DNA of 64,000 bases, taken from positions 107,200,001 to 107,264,000 of the forward strand of contig NC_087436.1 of the NCBI RefSeq assembly GCF_036321535.1, written 5' to 3'. The translations under genes and the position numbers were made by a program. Numbering within the stretch: position 1 is the first letter of the stretch; each line of letters begins with the position of its first letter. The notes below the pieces were generated by a model, which was given only the letters and a program-made list of their open reading frames with translations, was not told the DNA's origin and did no database searches. The stretch is from Camelus dromedarius (lineage: Eukaryota). Shown here piece after piece: positions 50,561-64,000 of this stretch.

Positions 50561-53369
50561 TTAATGTCCTTTTCAGCTTTTTAACCTCTTCAACTAGGAG
50601 GAAGCTAGTGGTTTGAGTGATCCAAATCACAGTTTTCAGAAAAATTATCATGGGATTAAAGTGCCAATGATAAAGGTGATGGTTTGAGAAATTTTACCAG
50701 GATGAATTAGTCTGAAAAGGGAGAAACCGAAACAAACAAATGAAAAGATTTTTTTAATAATGTGAACTAAATATGAATCAGAGATTTTATTGATGACAAA
50801 AATCTTTTTAAAGACAATATCTTCCCTGCTTTGGAGTGTGTGTATATTTGAAGAAAACTGTTTTATGACTGATAAGGGCATTTATCAGTAGGAAACAATG
50901 AAATACTGATAAGGCAAAGGCGTCCCTTAGTTCAGAAGGACTGCCCACTGTTGCCATCCTACCCTGTAGCTTGCTGAAACCTGGAGTCATCCACGGGATT
51001 TCTTGAATTCATCTGGCATTTCAAATATCAGCTGCAGTTTTAGGTCAAGCACTGGCTTAAATTTCTATGGGGTTTGTTCAATATGGTGCCTCGGGTTTGG
51101 GTATTGGCAAACTGTCATGTAATGGTGCGTCTAATTTGATGTGACTTCAGTATGTACCTTGCACTAAAGCCTACGGAGCAGCTTTTAGAACCCCTGACTA
51201 GTTTAGAAAAAGAAAAAATTTCTCTATTAAAAGAAAGAAATAAAAATGGCCGCATTAGTCGTGAGGCTTTCAAGATTGGTGACTGTGAGACAACAAAGTC
51301 TCAGTCACTTCACAGCTCCATTCCAACTCAGCTTCCGTCCAGTGCACCATCGGGAGGCGGGGACACACGGATTCCACGTGAGCTGACGCCTGATGCTGCC
51401 CCATGCCAGCTAGTTATTTAACTGCGCTAAACCTCAGTTTCATCTTCTGAAAAATGGACGTGACACTTATTTTACAAAGTGGTTGAGAGGATTAATAAAT
51501 AATTTCTAGCATGTGGTACATAGTATACACACTGTATAAGCAGTTATAACTTTAATAAACATTAGTGCGTGCTCTCTCTCTCCTTTTCTACTTAACTGTG
51601 CTTACGGAGTATACCAGGTGCCTCTTTGCTCCTAGTACCTACATATATACTTGGCACATAGTAGGTTCTCAATAACTGATTTTTGGATTATTAATCAACT
51701 TTAGGATGGATGGATGGGTTGTTCACAACAGCCATTCAGACCATGAGTCATTTTGGCTGATTGTCTGGGCTGTACTTACATCTCTGGAGTGCTGGGTAAT
51801 GAGTTCATAATGCAGGCACAATCCTGTGCAAAGCAGTAAAGCACAGTCATTTTCACTCCCGACTAGCACCGAAGAGGTCCCTCCCCTTACTGCCTCAGGA
51901 GGCTTGACTTGCATTTGAGGCCCCAGGAGTAATTGTCCTTTCCAACGGGCTTATTTCACAGTCGATTATGCTGTGGCAGCCCCGGACATCCCGTTTTAAA
52001 CATGTATTGCATGTCCTTGAAGAACCCAATTGCTTCAACAAGAAGTAGTCCCTCAAAATATTAAATACCACTCAATCTTCCAAGCAACTTATCATATCAT
52101 CCAGCCTCTCCTGTGGCAAGATCTGCTATTATCAAAAAAGAAAAAGAAAAGAAAAAATATCAGGCTTGGAGATGCAATCAGTCAGTTACTGAGCCATGGT
52201 GGCCACCGTGCTGGACATCATCAAAGGAACATCACCTGGGGAAAGGCTCAGATATCTCCATTTGGCTACCAATATCCAAAAGAGTACTTCACATCAAGTA
52301 AATACAGGGCTCCTATTCTCCATGACATGCAAGGGCTTAGATGTGCAGCTCCCACGGAGCTGGTGGGAGTCCACTCACTCTCGCCTCTTGAAGCCTCCAA
52401 GTGGCTATTTATCTTGGCTGCCTAAGCCGCCACTGGTATCATTAGTGACTGCAGAAAGAAATGCCAAGTCCTCTCCACTGCTTCCAGCTGACTGTGGACA
52501 GCAGAGACAGGGCGGTTTGGATAACTCCAGAGAAGCAGGCTGCTAAATGAGGTTTCTTCTCCTCCCAGAAAAGTGAAATTATAAGAGCCTTTGATCTTAC
52601 TTTTATTTTCCTTCTCTGGAGTGAGCTGTATCCCTGTGCAAAGTGCCAGACTAGCAGGCCAGGAAAATGAAGGGTTCTACGTGCAATGAGAGCAGTCAGA
52701 GAGGAGGAACAACCCTGCTCTCAAAAGTCAGTTTTGTCCCCTCCTTATCTAGAGGCCTTAGGAGAAAACGGGCCAAGAATCCGATGGTTTCTTGTCCCTG
52801 TTTTGATCTAATTTGAAAGCTTGGTCAACTTCCTTGCTTCCCCTCAGTTTTCCTTTCTGTTGAGTGGGCACAATCATTCAGATTTTTCTTCCCTAGAGAG
52901 ATACTTGAAAACAAAGGAGCTGGCAGGTTTAAAGTGCTTCTGAGTTGACTGAGCACAGGCGTGAGTGCAGCTCAGTCAGCAAGAAGCAGGTCAGCTTCTG
53001 GGCTGTGAGGAAAGTACACAAGGGAAACCACTCGTCTCCTGTGTTTTTCAAGCTCCCACTCTCATCCCCAGACCGTGCCCACCTCCGGTGGAGCAGACAG
53101 AGACGTAGAAATGGGATCCTCCTTCAATCAAGGATTCTATGCAGTTTCTTGGTTTTTCTGAAAATAGAAACACAGACCGAACCAGAAAAATAAATAAAGA
53201 ACTGAGAAGGAAAAAAATCAGACAAAAACTGACTTAGCGTTACTTAACAACTGTGAAGTATTATGGAGGTACGGATTGCACCAAGTAATTATCAGTCACC
53301 TACAGGGCTGCGAAAACTAAGGGAAAAGATTAGCATCATTAAAGCAAAACAAAGAACCAGTAAGGCTGA

Positions 53370-53748
53370 AGCTCAGCTCAGACTTTTGAGGAGTGAGTGC
53401 TTCGGCTAATACTGATGTCTCTGAGGGAAGGCGATGAGGTTGACCCTGCAAGGGTTTGAAGAGCATCAACCTGTGTTCAGCTGCTGGGGTGAAAAGGCAT
53501 TCTCTGAGTGATACTGATAGGAGCCAGAAGTTCAATAAAGCCGGCAGGAAACAAACAGGAAGTAGCAGTTCCCATCTCTCCTCCAGCCTTGCTCACAGTC
53601 TCCCTCTAGTGTCTGCTTTTGGCAAGACTTAACTGAGAGCTGTGGGCAAAGCAGAAAGGTGGTTGCAGAGCCCCAGTGCCAGTATCACAAAGGGGAAGAG
53701 AGAAGGGTGGCTTTGGGGTAGAGAGACGATTCCTTAGCAACTGGCCCT
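53370..53748 (-). mobile_element. ERVL LTR (LTR41-like)
   Basis: 'ctcctccagccttg...agtctccctctagtg...ggcaaagcagaaa...tgcagagccccag...agaagggtgg'. Confidence 0.6.
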
Positions 53749-54274
53749 GGGGGATAATCAAAGAGAAATAGAGATATGTACCATCTAGGGGGATGGGGCT
53801 ATAAAGACAGAAGGTAGAGAATAAGACTTAGGAGAAACAAAAAACTGGCACGAGGTAACCAGTAAAAAAGTGTAAGCCTTTGGAGTTCACAAGCAAAATT
53901 TGAAGAGGGAGTAAAGGCAGCACGGAATGCAAGATTAGGGTGAGGCAATTGGGGCGGGGGCAGGTGGCAGTTAGCTAGCAAGATCTTAACTTCAGAGGCA
54001 TGAACTTTGATTTAAATACAAGTTCCATTAATGATTCAATGTGTGATCCTAGGCAACTGGCTCACTCTTTGAGCTTCTTTGTCCACATCTGCCAAGTGGG
54101 GATGATAACACTATCCATGCTGTAAGCTTACTGTGAAGGGGAAATGCAATAATTTTGTGAAAGAGCCCAATGGAATGAATGTGGCATAAACTGAGTTCTC
54201 GCTGTTTTGTTTTTTAACAAACTTCAAATCTGTTGACACTTATTATTTTCTTTACTGATGCTGTGAAAGACACT

Positions 54275-54690
54275 GCTATTTGTGTCCCAATATCTACTTT
54301 TTCTTTCAGCATGACAGTGGAAGTTTTAGCTGGGCACATGGCTATGCAGAGAAATGACTTCGTTCCTCAGCCATCTTTGGTATTGGTACCCAGTAGATGA
54401 AGTTTTGACCAATAGGATAATAAGCCAAGTGATGGCGCAACTTCTAGGTGGTACCTTTAAAAGAAGAGGGCACAATCTCCTCTTCCCTTTCCCCTTTGCT
54501 GCTGGCTGAACTGTAGACATCACGGGGAGCTATCTTAGACTTTAAGGATGAACCTTAGGGATGGCAGAGCAACAACATAAAAGGAGACTGTCCACATGCC
54601 AACATCACACCACCACCACAGCAGCTCAGACTTTGTTTAAGAGAAAAATAAACCTCCATCGTGTTGAAGTCACTGTAATTTGGAGTGAAC
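54275..54690 (+). mobile_element. MaLR LTR (MLT1I/J-like)
   Basis: 'ttttagctgggcacatggct', 'gagctatcttagac', 'gagaaaaataaacctccatcgtgttgaagtcactgt'. Confidence 0.8.
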
Positions 54691-54744
54691 TGGATTCGGT
54701 ACCTGTCTTCACAGAGCTTGCATTCTAAAAGGAAAGCGTAGCTA

Positions 54745-55235
54745 TTATTAAGGTGTATCAGAGAAGATACATTTGGTTTCAAGAAACAGAATAGCCAGAA
54801 AATAAAAGGTTTTGAAATAAAGGTTTGTTTGCCTCACATAAAGAGGAATTCAAGTGGTTCCAGAGTTTGTTCTGTAGCTAAGCAAAAACAGGGCTCTGTG
54901 CTAGCATCTATGTGATGCTCTTGGATCTGTCCTCATGGTGTAAAGACAGCTGCCATGTCACCAAACATCACATCCTCAGGCACAAAAATGTGGAAAGCAA
55001 GAAGAGTGGGAAAAGATGTTTGTCTCCCTGTTTGTCTTTTTCTTCTATCAGGATGGAAGTTCTTTGACAAGTGTCTTTATCAGATTTGGTCTCAGGTCCC
55101 AGTGGTCAGGATTGGAACACATGCCAATGCCCTAGCAGCAAGGGAGGCCCAGCAAGCAAAGAATTGACATTTTCATCCTCTATAGGCTTTAGAAGGCAGG
55201 CTCTGCAAGAAAGGAAGAAGTAAACTGGCAGTGCT
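54745..55235 (-). mobile_element. MaLR LTR (MLT1K/L-like)
   Basis: 'cctcatggtgtaaagacagctgcc...ccaaacatcacatcctca', 'ccctagcagcaagggagg'. Confidence 0.7.
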
Positions 55236-56254
55236 GTTAGGCATCAATCTTTTTAAAAACCTTTGCTTTCTGTAATTTTTGTGTAGGTAGGTTAGTGCTG
55301 AAATTCTTTTCCAAATGTGCTTATCTATACCCTACTTTTTTGCTGAGTTGTCCTCTTGCATGGTAGAGGACATAGAGTAGGGTTGATTAATTTTTTGAAA
55401 AAATTGTTGTAACTACTACTTAATTCATATCTATTATGCATCAGGCTCTCTGTTGACTGCTTGATATACATTATATCATTTAACAAAGCATGATTTCTGA
55501 AAATTGCTGGTCATCTGCTTGTTACCTTCCAAGGCACTGCATTTTAGTATGAATAAAAATAAAGCTGGGTGATAGCAGGCACTGTGAATCAATTTTCAAT
55601 ATACTCAAGAACCAACATTGCAGAAAGCAGACATCTTATTATCTTGGCCAAACTACATAAAGTGTTGGCTTAGCTTTTAGCTATGGCTTCAAATCGATTC
55701 TGATAATGGTGACAGAAAACACAACGAAAAACTAAAACATATCTGGCATTTTCCTGTCAAATAAATCAAACATTCCTTGGGAAATGAGACATTGGTCAGG
55801 AATTTAGATTGACTCACCAGGGTCATTCCAGGACATATCTAAAAGTTTCAAAGTTCTTCTAATTTGCTTAAATATTTGCTGCAGTTGTGCACTCTGCCAG
55901 TTATTTGCAATGCATAAATTGCTACATCTTCTCTTTTGGACTGTGAGTTTGCCTTTAAATCTGCTGAGTTTAAGGAATTAATGTTTGGAGACTTTATTAA
56001 AACTGTCAGTATCACATCCCATCACCCACAAACAAGTGGCAAATGGTCAGATTGCAGATATGGTAGAAGCTACTATAGATGCAATGAAGAAAGTTATAGA
56101 AAGAATTGTCCAACGAGACTAGACGGATTTCTCATCATGAAGCATGGCTCAAGGCTGGAGTCAGGTTGTAGATTAGCCAGTTGTGCAGACTCTCATGTCT
56201 TGACTTCATCTATATTTCTATATGTATAGGCTGAACACAAATGCAGCATAGAAC

Positions 56255-56442
56255 CATTGGTTCTCAAACTTGTGTAGTCACAATAATCAAGGAGCATATT
56301 AAAAAAAGACTCTTGTATCTTATCCCAAATTGTGTATTGAGTAGATCTGGGTTAAAGTAAGTGAATCTGCACATTTGACATGAGCCCCAGGTGGTCCTGA
56401 TGCAGGTAGACTAGACCACAGGCCATAATTTGAGAGCCATTG
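56255..56442. mobile_element. MER5-like hAT MITE
   Basis: Termini 'cattggttctcaaact' and 'tttgagagccattg'; 'aatctgca...ccccaggtggtcctgatgca'. Confidence 0.8.
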
Positions 56443-57997
56443 GTCTAGCTGCCACTTGGGTGTCACCTACAATTTCAACTCTGAGTTATAAAATTTAGTC
56501 TTTGCAAGTAGCTGTGAGGTTGGTGTAAAGGAGGATTCCTTTAAAACTGAAAGCACATAAGCCAAGTTGTGCAAGATCAGACATCAGAAAAGTCAACGTG
56601 ACATTACCATGTTGACCAGAATGAGGATTGTATGTGTACACATGTACACACACAAATGCACACCAGCCCAGTAACTGACAGAAGCAGAGATGTTAAAGCA
56701 TCTTCATCACTTAGCAAAAAAACCACCAAGTGTATCAGAAATGGAAGGTAAAGAAAATGATAATTATTTGAAGACCACCACAAACTGCTATAATTAAGTC
56801 TTCTGATAGTTTTATACCTACTGGTATAGCAAAGACAAACTTGAGGTGCCCTCTTCCAGGATAAGCCCTTTTACCAATGTTAGGGACTAAAAGTAAACAT
56901 TTGATAGCCAAGGACTTAAGACACCTCAAATCTTACCCTAACAAATACCCTTATCTCCCCATAATGTTCCCAAGAGAGAATGATGCAAAATAAAGAAATA
57001 GGTTGTTTAGAATAAAAGAACCACTAACTTAACAGCAGCACAAGATCCCCCTACATTACTTACTACATGACTTACTATTTATCACACTACTTATTACATG
57101 ACTTATCACATTATGCCGTCTGTTACAGGGCAGAATCGGAGCAAGTTTGCTTTTATCTGATGACTTAAGCAGGCCCTTAGATTCCCTGCCTCTTCCTGCA
57201 TCTCTAAATTGTGAGGCAATCAGACACAGTCCAGTCTGTGGGGAGAGGGATGGAAGATGAGGGAGAGGGTACAGAAAAGAGAGAAAAAGAAAACAAAGGA
57301 GGAGTAAATACCAAGGCTGGGCCCGGCCTGAGTTACCTACCCAGCCATATGCTGAGAGAGACTGAAAAATAATTACCTGTGGTTCTCTAGGATGGCAGGC
57401 TCTGCCTAGGTCTGCTCACACACGATGAGACATGGCAAGGGGAGGGAAAGAAGCCATTCCCACCATTAAGCACTGATGGTAAGCACACCTGTAACAACGC
57501 TAATGGGTGCTTTGGTCTGAACAATCGCACAGCTACTGCTTCCTCGCAGCCAGTACAGAAGGATGGGACAGGGGCAGGGGCAGTGGAAGAGAAGTCCAAG
57601 TTTGCTCGGCTGTGATTCCCTTCATAATTTGGTTTTGAGGTTGAAATGGAATGGTCAATCTTCCTCACTCCTACCAACCTATCTAAATCTTACCCAACGT
57701 TTAGGGCTCAGCTCAAACGCGTTCTTCTGCTTGACACCTAGGCAGACAGTTCTTCCCCTGTGACCACTAGGGGCGCATGTCTACCATCCAGTATTGGCCA
57801 GCTCACCTATTGACAGATCCTAAATGATTGCTCTTATTAGAAAGTAATCTAACTCTTATATGAATTTATAGAATTTTCAGGAGGGATCTCAGAAACACAA
57901 TTACACCTTGTCTTCTTAACTGGATTCTTCATTCCTTGAATACAGAATTTCTGTTTCAAGTGTTTCCATGATCTTGGTATCAGCTGTAATGTATAAT

Positions 57998-58410
57998 GCA
58001 GGAATCCCCTCACTTATGAGCAGTCAATTTAAAAACTTTTTGTGGTAACAAAGGTTTTCACTCAGGCAAAAGTGAAGCAATCTGCTGGCCATCAACAGAT
58101 GTTTGGCGCGGTCCCCCGAGTATGGGGATCAAGTCTTTCATTAATTAATGGCACATCTGAAGCAGTATCGTGTTTTTGACTAATTTTTGATAAAAAAGAA
58201 AAAGTGAAAATGCAAGCATATTTGGGGAAAATGTTTAAGAGCATTTTAAAAATCAGAACTGTCAGATAATCACTGTGCTTTTACAAAACTTGACAGAAAT
58301 ATGCTGACAGAGATTGCCTCTCGAGTATCTTGGGACTTCTGAACAAATAAGTTAATGAACAGCCTTTTGAATCTTGACTTGATCATAAGTTAAAGGAGAT
58401 TTTGGACTGT
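57998..58410. mobile_element. Old Tigger-type element
   Basis: Inverted termini 'aatcccctcacttatga' and 'tcataagttaaaggagatt'. Confidence 0.5.
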
Positions 58411-58729
58411 CTCTTCTACATTGCAAGTACTCTGGAAATTTTTATCTGATTTTAATTTCTTTGACATTACAACTAAATTTTAACCTTTTCACAGGCAAGA
58501 ATCTCATCAATGGCTTTTTTTGCATCCCCCTCAAAAAACCAAGAACAGTGCTGAACAGCGTGGCCAACCACAGAAAGAAGACAAATTAAAAAATAATCAT
58601 CAAGGACTATGGACTATTTGTCCATGGTACATGTGTGTGTGTGAGATTCTACATGCTAATCCAGATCGTCTCCTCCAAGAAAGTATCCCAGGAAAGGAAA
58701 GAAAAGGAAAGACAGTAGAGAAGAATTTC

Positions 58730-59050
58730 AGACACTGGTGTGCAGCAGAGCATGTAGGTTCTTCAGAGGAAGGCACTCATTAAGTAGACAACTTTGGGCA
58801 TGCTACCTAGTCATTCTGTGCCTCAGTTTACTCTTCTGTAAAATGGAGATGACAATAATAACACATCTATCTCATCCAGACAATCGGAGGCTTAAAAGAA
58901 TTAAGGGTTGGCAAACTACAACCCACAGTTCTGGCTCACTACTTTTTTTTTTTTAATAAATAAAATTTACTGGAACACACAGACGAGACTTAATGTACGT
59001 GAGCGCTTAGAGTTTCCTGTCCCCTAGCCAATGCTCAGCGAATGTCAGGA
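58730..59050 (+). mobile_element. MIR interrupted by a MER58-like fragment (~58903-58980)
   Basis: 'ctgtgcctcagtttactcttctgtaaaatggagat'; 'agggttggcaaactac...taaataaaatttactggaacac'. Confidence 0.75.
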
Positions 59051-60715
59051 GACCCAGATGGTAGCCCGAGCTCTGCTGATCCTGAGCCTCTTGATTCTGT
59101 TTCCTTGTCTGAGAAATGGAAATATTTAGATATTTAAACCAGATGATCTCTGGCCCTAATTCTAATCCGAGTTATTCCTATTCATATTATTCACATGATT
59201 GTATTCAGTAAAGAAAATACATATGGTATTTGAAAGAAAAACAAAGACAAAGAAACTGAGCAGAGTAAATTATTTGACAGCATCCTGACTCCCACGCTCA
59301 CACTCAAAACAAAAAGCAGCTAAGAGAGGGAACAGGACACAGGGAGACACAGCAACACTATAGAAAGAAAGAAGGGGCAATATTTTACTCAGGGCTCTAT
59401 TGCTTTTATTAACTGGGAGACAAATTCACTCAGAACTTTTAATTCTTCAAATAACAGGCATTATAAACACCATTATCTGTTTGTTTGTGCCTGTAGCATT
59501 TACTGTAATTCCTCAGATGAAAACCTCAGCATCTAATATTACAGGACAAGGATGGAGTGAGAAAGGCTTAATGCAATTCAAGATATTCAAAGGTAAAAAG
59601 CTGCAAATGAAAATTATCACAATGAGCAAGAATAAAATTATTATAAAACTGTCACATTTCTAATATTTCATATCACTTCTGACCATAAGCTCTGCAGCTA
59701 TAAAAGCAATATCTTTTACTCCCCAGTGTGCAGTGGTGATGGTTCGCATTCTTCAAGGCTTATGATGTTAAAATGCCTTTAATTATGTTCCGGATAGCTA
59801 TTCGTAAGGCATTCTTAAACCTCTCCAAGGTCAACGTCTTCCTTCTCACTGATTCTCAGATCATCACTCTAGGATTCTAGCTTCACTGACACAATATTCA
59901 TTTTATCCTGGGGAAAGACACAATTGCTGAATTGGTCACACTGGCATCCGGGACGGGAGCAAGATTGTCCCAGAAGGTGCCTTTGCTGGGCACTTGATGT
60001 CTGCATCGGTCTCCTCTGCCATTCTTTAGAGGTCAGCCAAACAGAAAATTCAGCCTGGTACTTAATGCAATGCAAAAGTCTGAGCGCTGCAAACAACCAC
60101 CACCTTTTGGGGCCATTTGGAGATCCTGAGTATCAAGCAGATGGTCGGCGGCTGCGCCCCTTACAGATTTGTGCTTCTGGCGACACCTCGTAATGGGGAA
60201 CGTGAAAGAGATGTTGAGTTTACCTATTGCTGTGCTAAGTGAGCACCTTGAAAATTGAAGACCTAGGTCTACCCATAGTTTATCCTGAATTTAAACAATT
60301 GCTGGCTATGCCGCATGCAGTAATAGACTTTACTCCTAAACCATTCATTTAAATGCTTAGACACCAGAACCCAAAAAAAGAATCAGCTTCACAGATCGCT
60401 GCCTTGTTAACAAGTAGCCAATGGAGTAAGCTATATTTCAGGAGCACTGGCTCACCAAGTTCTTGTTAAGGACATAGCCATTTTGGAAATGTCCTTGTTT
60501 TCACGGATTCTCTTTTCATTTACACACAAGCCCACCCACACAAAGCCATACATCTGTTTCCATCATGTGGAATTTCGGAGAGGCTGTGAGAAATAAGTAG
60601 AAAAGGAATCCAAACCCCAGAGCCGCGCAGAAGGAAGACCAACGACAAAATGAGCCATGGAGTCATTTCCTGGGGCCACCTAGGTTATGGGAAATTACTT
60701 CATTCTCTTTTAATA

Positions 60716-61217
60716 TTTTTTTTAATTGAAGTATAGTCAGTTTACAATGTTGTGTCAATTTCTGGTGTACAGCATAATGTTTCAGTCATACATACACATA
60801 CATATATTCGTTTCCATATTCTTTTGCATTTGAGGTTCCTACAAGACATTGAATATAGTTCCCTGTGCTGTACAGTAGAAATTTGTTGTTCATCTGTTTT
60901 ATATATAGTAGTTAGTATCTGTAAATCTCCAACTCCCAATTTATCCCTTCCTACCCTCTTCCCCCCCAGGTAACCATAAGTTTGTTTTCCATGCCTGTGA
61001 GTCTGTTTCTGTTTTATAAATAAGTTCATTTGTCTTTTTTTAGATCCCACATATAAGTGATAACATATGGTATTTTTCTTTCTCTTTCTGCCTTACTTCA
61101 CTTAGAATGACAATTTCTTAAGTCCATCCATGTTGCTGCAAATGGCACTATTTTGTTCTTTTAATGGCTGAGTAGTAGTCCATTGTGTGTGTGTACCAAC
61201 AACTTGTTTATCCAATC
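60716..61217 (-). mobile_element. Camelid/artiodactyl-type L1 3' end, followed by an LTR16-like 3' end to ~61356
   Basis: 'ttttaattgaagtatagtcagtttacaatgttgtgtcaatttctggtgtacagcat', 'aatatagttccctgtgct', 'ggtaaccataagtttgtttt'. Confidence 0.93.
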
Positions 61218-62329
61218 GAAAACACATTCCTGTTTTGGTTCTCCCTGCTTCCTTCTCCTGGGCTCAGCAACTCTGCTCCAGGGAATCCCCTCCTAAAGAC
61301 ACCACTTACATATAAACCTTCATCTCAGATTCTGCTTCATGGGAAATCAGCCTAAGTAAAATAGAATCTTATACATTATTATAAATTATTTAAAACATAA
61401 TCTTAATATCAGTACAATATTCTACTAATATGAATTACTACATATATGTAATAATTTTAATATTACTGGAAGTTTAAGTGGTTTATAGTTTTTAGTCTTA
61501 TAAATAAAGATATTTTGATCATCTTCACATGTGACGTTTTCCTCATTTAAGAAATGGAATTGGTGAGTCAAAGGTAAGGATTTTGTTTTAAGTTTTAGAT
61601 TATATTCACTGATTTCTTCCTAAAATAAACTACCATTTTATAGTTCCACTAACAATATATGAATTTCTTCTTTCATTGCAACCTCACCAGCACTGAATAT
61701 TTTCTTTACTTATATTTTTGATAATTTGGGAAGTTATTTGGAAATATATATTTTTATTTTAATTTGCATTTCTTTTATTTCAGTATTTCTTCTTTTGGAA
61801 ACTGCTCTTTTATGGAAAAGCAATATTTTTCAGAATTTTGTGAAACTCTGTTAGACATACCCCACAGCATAGTTCAAATCACCCTAGGAGATGACCATTA
61901 AGGTGATAAGGCTGGAGAGAAAGTCAAAGGGAAGTTTTGAGTTGCAACAAGGAGAAGAGAATTCTTCAGTCGAATAAATATGAGTGCCTACTACATGCTG
62001 GGCACATTAGACAGAAAATCTTGAGGGTCCAAAGATGAACAAGATAGAAAGTGCCATCTTGGAGCTAATAGTCTAATAACCATGCTGAAGAGGGAATGGA
62101 ATGTCTGAACTAAAGTCCTCCTAGGCAATGATTTAATTGGAAAGGGAAAAAATTAGTTCAAAATCCTTCCATTTTTGATTAAGAAAAATGGATTGTTTGG
62201 ATTGCTTTTAGTTCAGCTATGAGAGAAATTAAACAATGCTGGTAGTTCAGAGCTAAACATAACTGGATTAAGCTCGAGTGAGACCAAAGAGGGTAGATGG
62301 TAATGCAATATTATACAAGAAAATCTGTG

Positions 62330-62520
62330 CATAAGAGCCAGGCAAGCATAGTTTCAAGACTGAATTCAACCACTTCTAGTTTATGGCCTTGAGCAAGTAA
62401 ATTTCTCTGGATCTCTGTTTTCTTATCTGTGAAAGAAAAATTATAATACCTTCCGGACAGAGTTGTTATGTGTTATAAATAAGATAGAGTATGGAATAGC
62501 CAAACACATTGAATGAATTT
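62330..62520 (+). mobile_element. MIR SINE
   Basis: 'gccttgagcaagt...tctctgttttcttatctgtgaaa...ataatacct'. Confidence 0.8.
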
Positions 62521-63607
62521 GAGAATTTTTTAAATTTAATAATTATTTTAAGCTGCATATTTTGTTATTAGTGGGGTTAAAGACTTTCCCCACATTGAAA
62601 TAATAAAAATATTCTCCTGAAAAATAATTATTTGCTAGGCAATGCTGAGATGTAACCCCTCCTTCTACTTCCAGAACCTACAACCAACACTTCTGTGATA
62701 GATGTATTAATTAATTTGGGGTAAATCATCACATTGTACACTTTTAGTTTATTACAATTTTATTTGCCAATTATACCTCAATAAAATTGGGGGGGAAAAA
62801 CAAACACCTCCAAAAAACTTTGCTATACACAGATTCCAGTACCAAGTGTGTTGACTAATATGCATGTATGAGTTTTAGATTCCTAGCAGCTCTCTTTTCT
62901 AACACACTCAAAACTGGTTTATTGAAAAAATGTGTTAGATATAGGAATTACAAAAAATGATACATACATACCTAAAACATTTTTATCTACTAATTTTTGC
63001 ATGTGAATCTAATACCTTCTGTTCAAGTAAAATTCTCTCAGTTGGCTTCCCAACCATCTTTCTCGCATAAACTATACCTATCATAGAGCATTCCTTTCTA
63101 TTTTTGTTTCTTTAAAATGGAACAAGAACTTAAAGACAGTTGTGAAATAATCTAAGTACAGAATTCTTCTAGATTCTTACAAATTTTTCCATATCTTTTG
63201 CTGTTATTTTTAACAGGTCTAATTCAATGTTGTTTTTTAAAAACTTACCTGTATTGAGCCTTGCCATTATTATTTCATAATATACAAAAGCTCTCTTACT
63301 CAATTGTTTAATCAATTAGGATAATATTGCTATAAATTAATTAGTTATACTAAAAAATATCTGTAGTAGGCCAGTTTGGTAACAGACACCTCTAATTTCT
63401 CTAAGCATACAACCTAACTGGCAGAGGTGTACTTGTATGATTATAGTTCTAGAGGGTGGCCTATAGTGACTTCCATTTCAAGCAGTATAGCAGACTAGAT
63501 CATTCTAAACAAACTTCCTGACTGAAACAACTAGAGTGTTGTATAAAACATATATATTCAATCTTCTAAAAAGAACTTCTGAGTTGGCACAAAAGGAAGC
63601 AATTCAC

Positions 63608-64000
<393 letters not shown>

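Noticed and set aside
57763..57776. CTCF-like CCACTAGGGGCGC
   Set aside because: One base short in the G-run compared with the core, which breaks the spacing.

Overview
This window is mammalian non-coding DNA (intergenic or deep intronic), not prokaryotic. tRNA-derived SINEs of the camelid vic-1 type and artiodactyl/camelid-style L1 3' ends point to a camelid (alpaca, llama or camel). Much of the window is decayed interspersed repeats: L1, L2, MIR, MaLR/ERVL/ERV1 LTRs and Tigger/hAT MITEs, plus microsatellites and a ~390-bp purine tract at the right end. I recognise no protein-coding gene. The supplied ORFs are short chance frames or repeat remnants. The most unusual structure is a pair of inverted copies (8785-9383 and 12362-13340) of one ERV1-type LTR fused to an L1 3' end at the same junction, suggesting a chimeric retroelement or an ancient local inverted duplication. 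Other points of interest are a TSD-flanked 'tailless' SINE head (7770-7804), a frame-preserving 87-nt candidate exon (19280-19366), and several repeat-free CpG-retaining blocks that may be enhancers. Repeat names come from my recall of consensus sequences, not from a search, so subfamily labels and boundaries are approximate.
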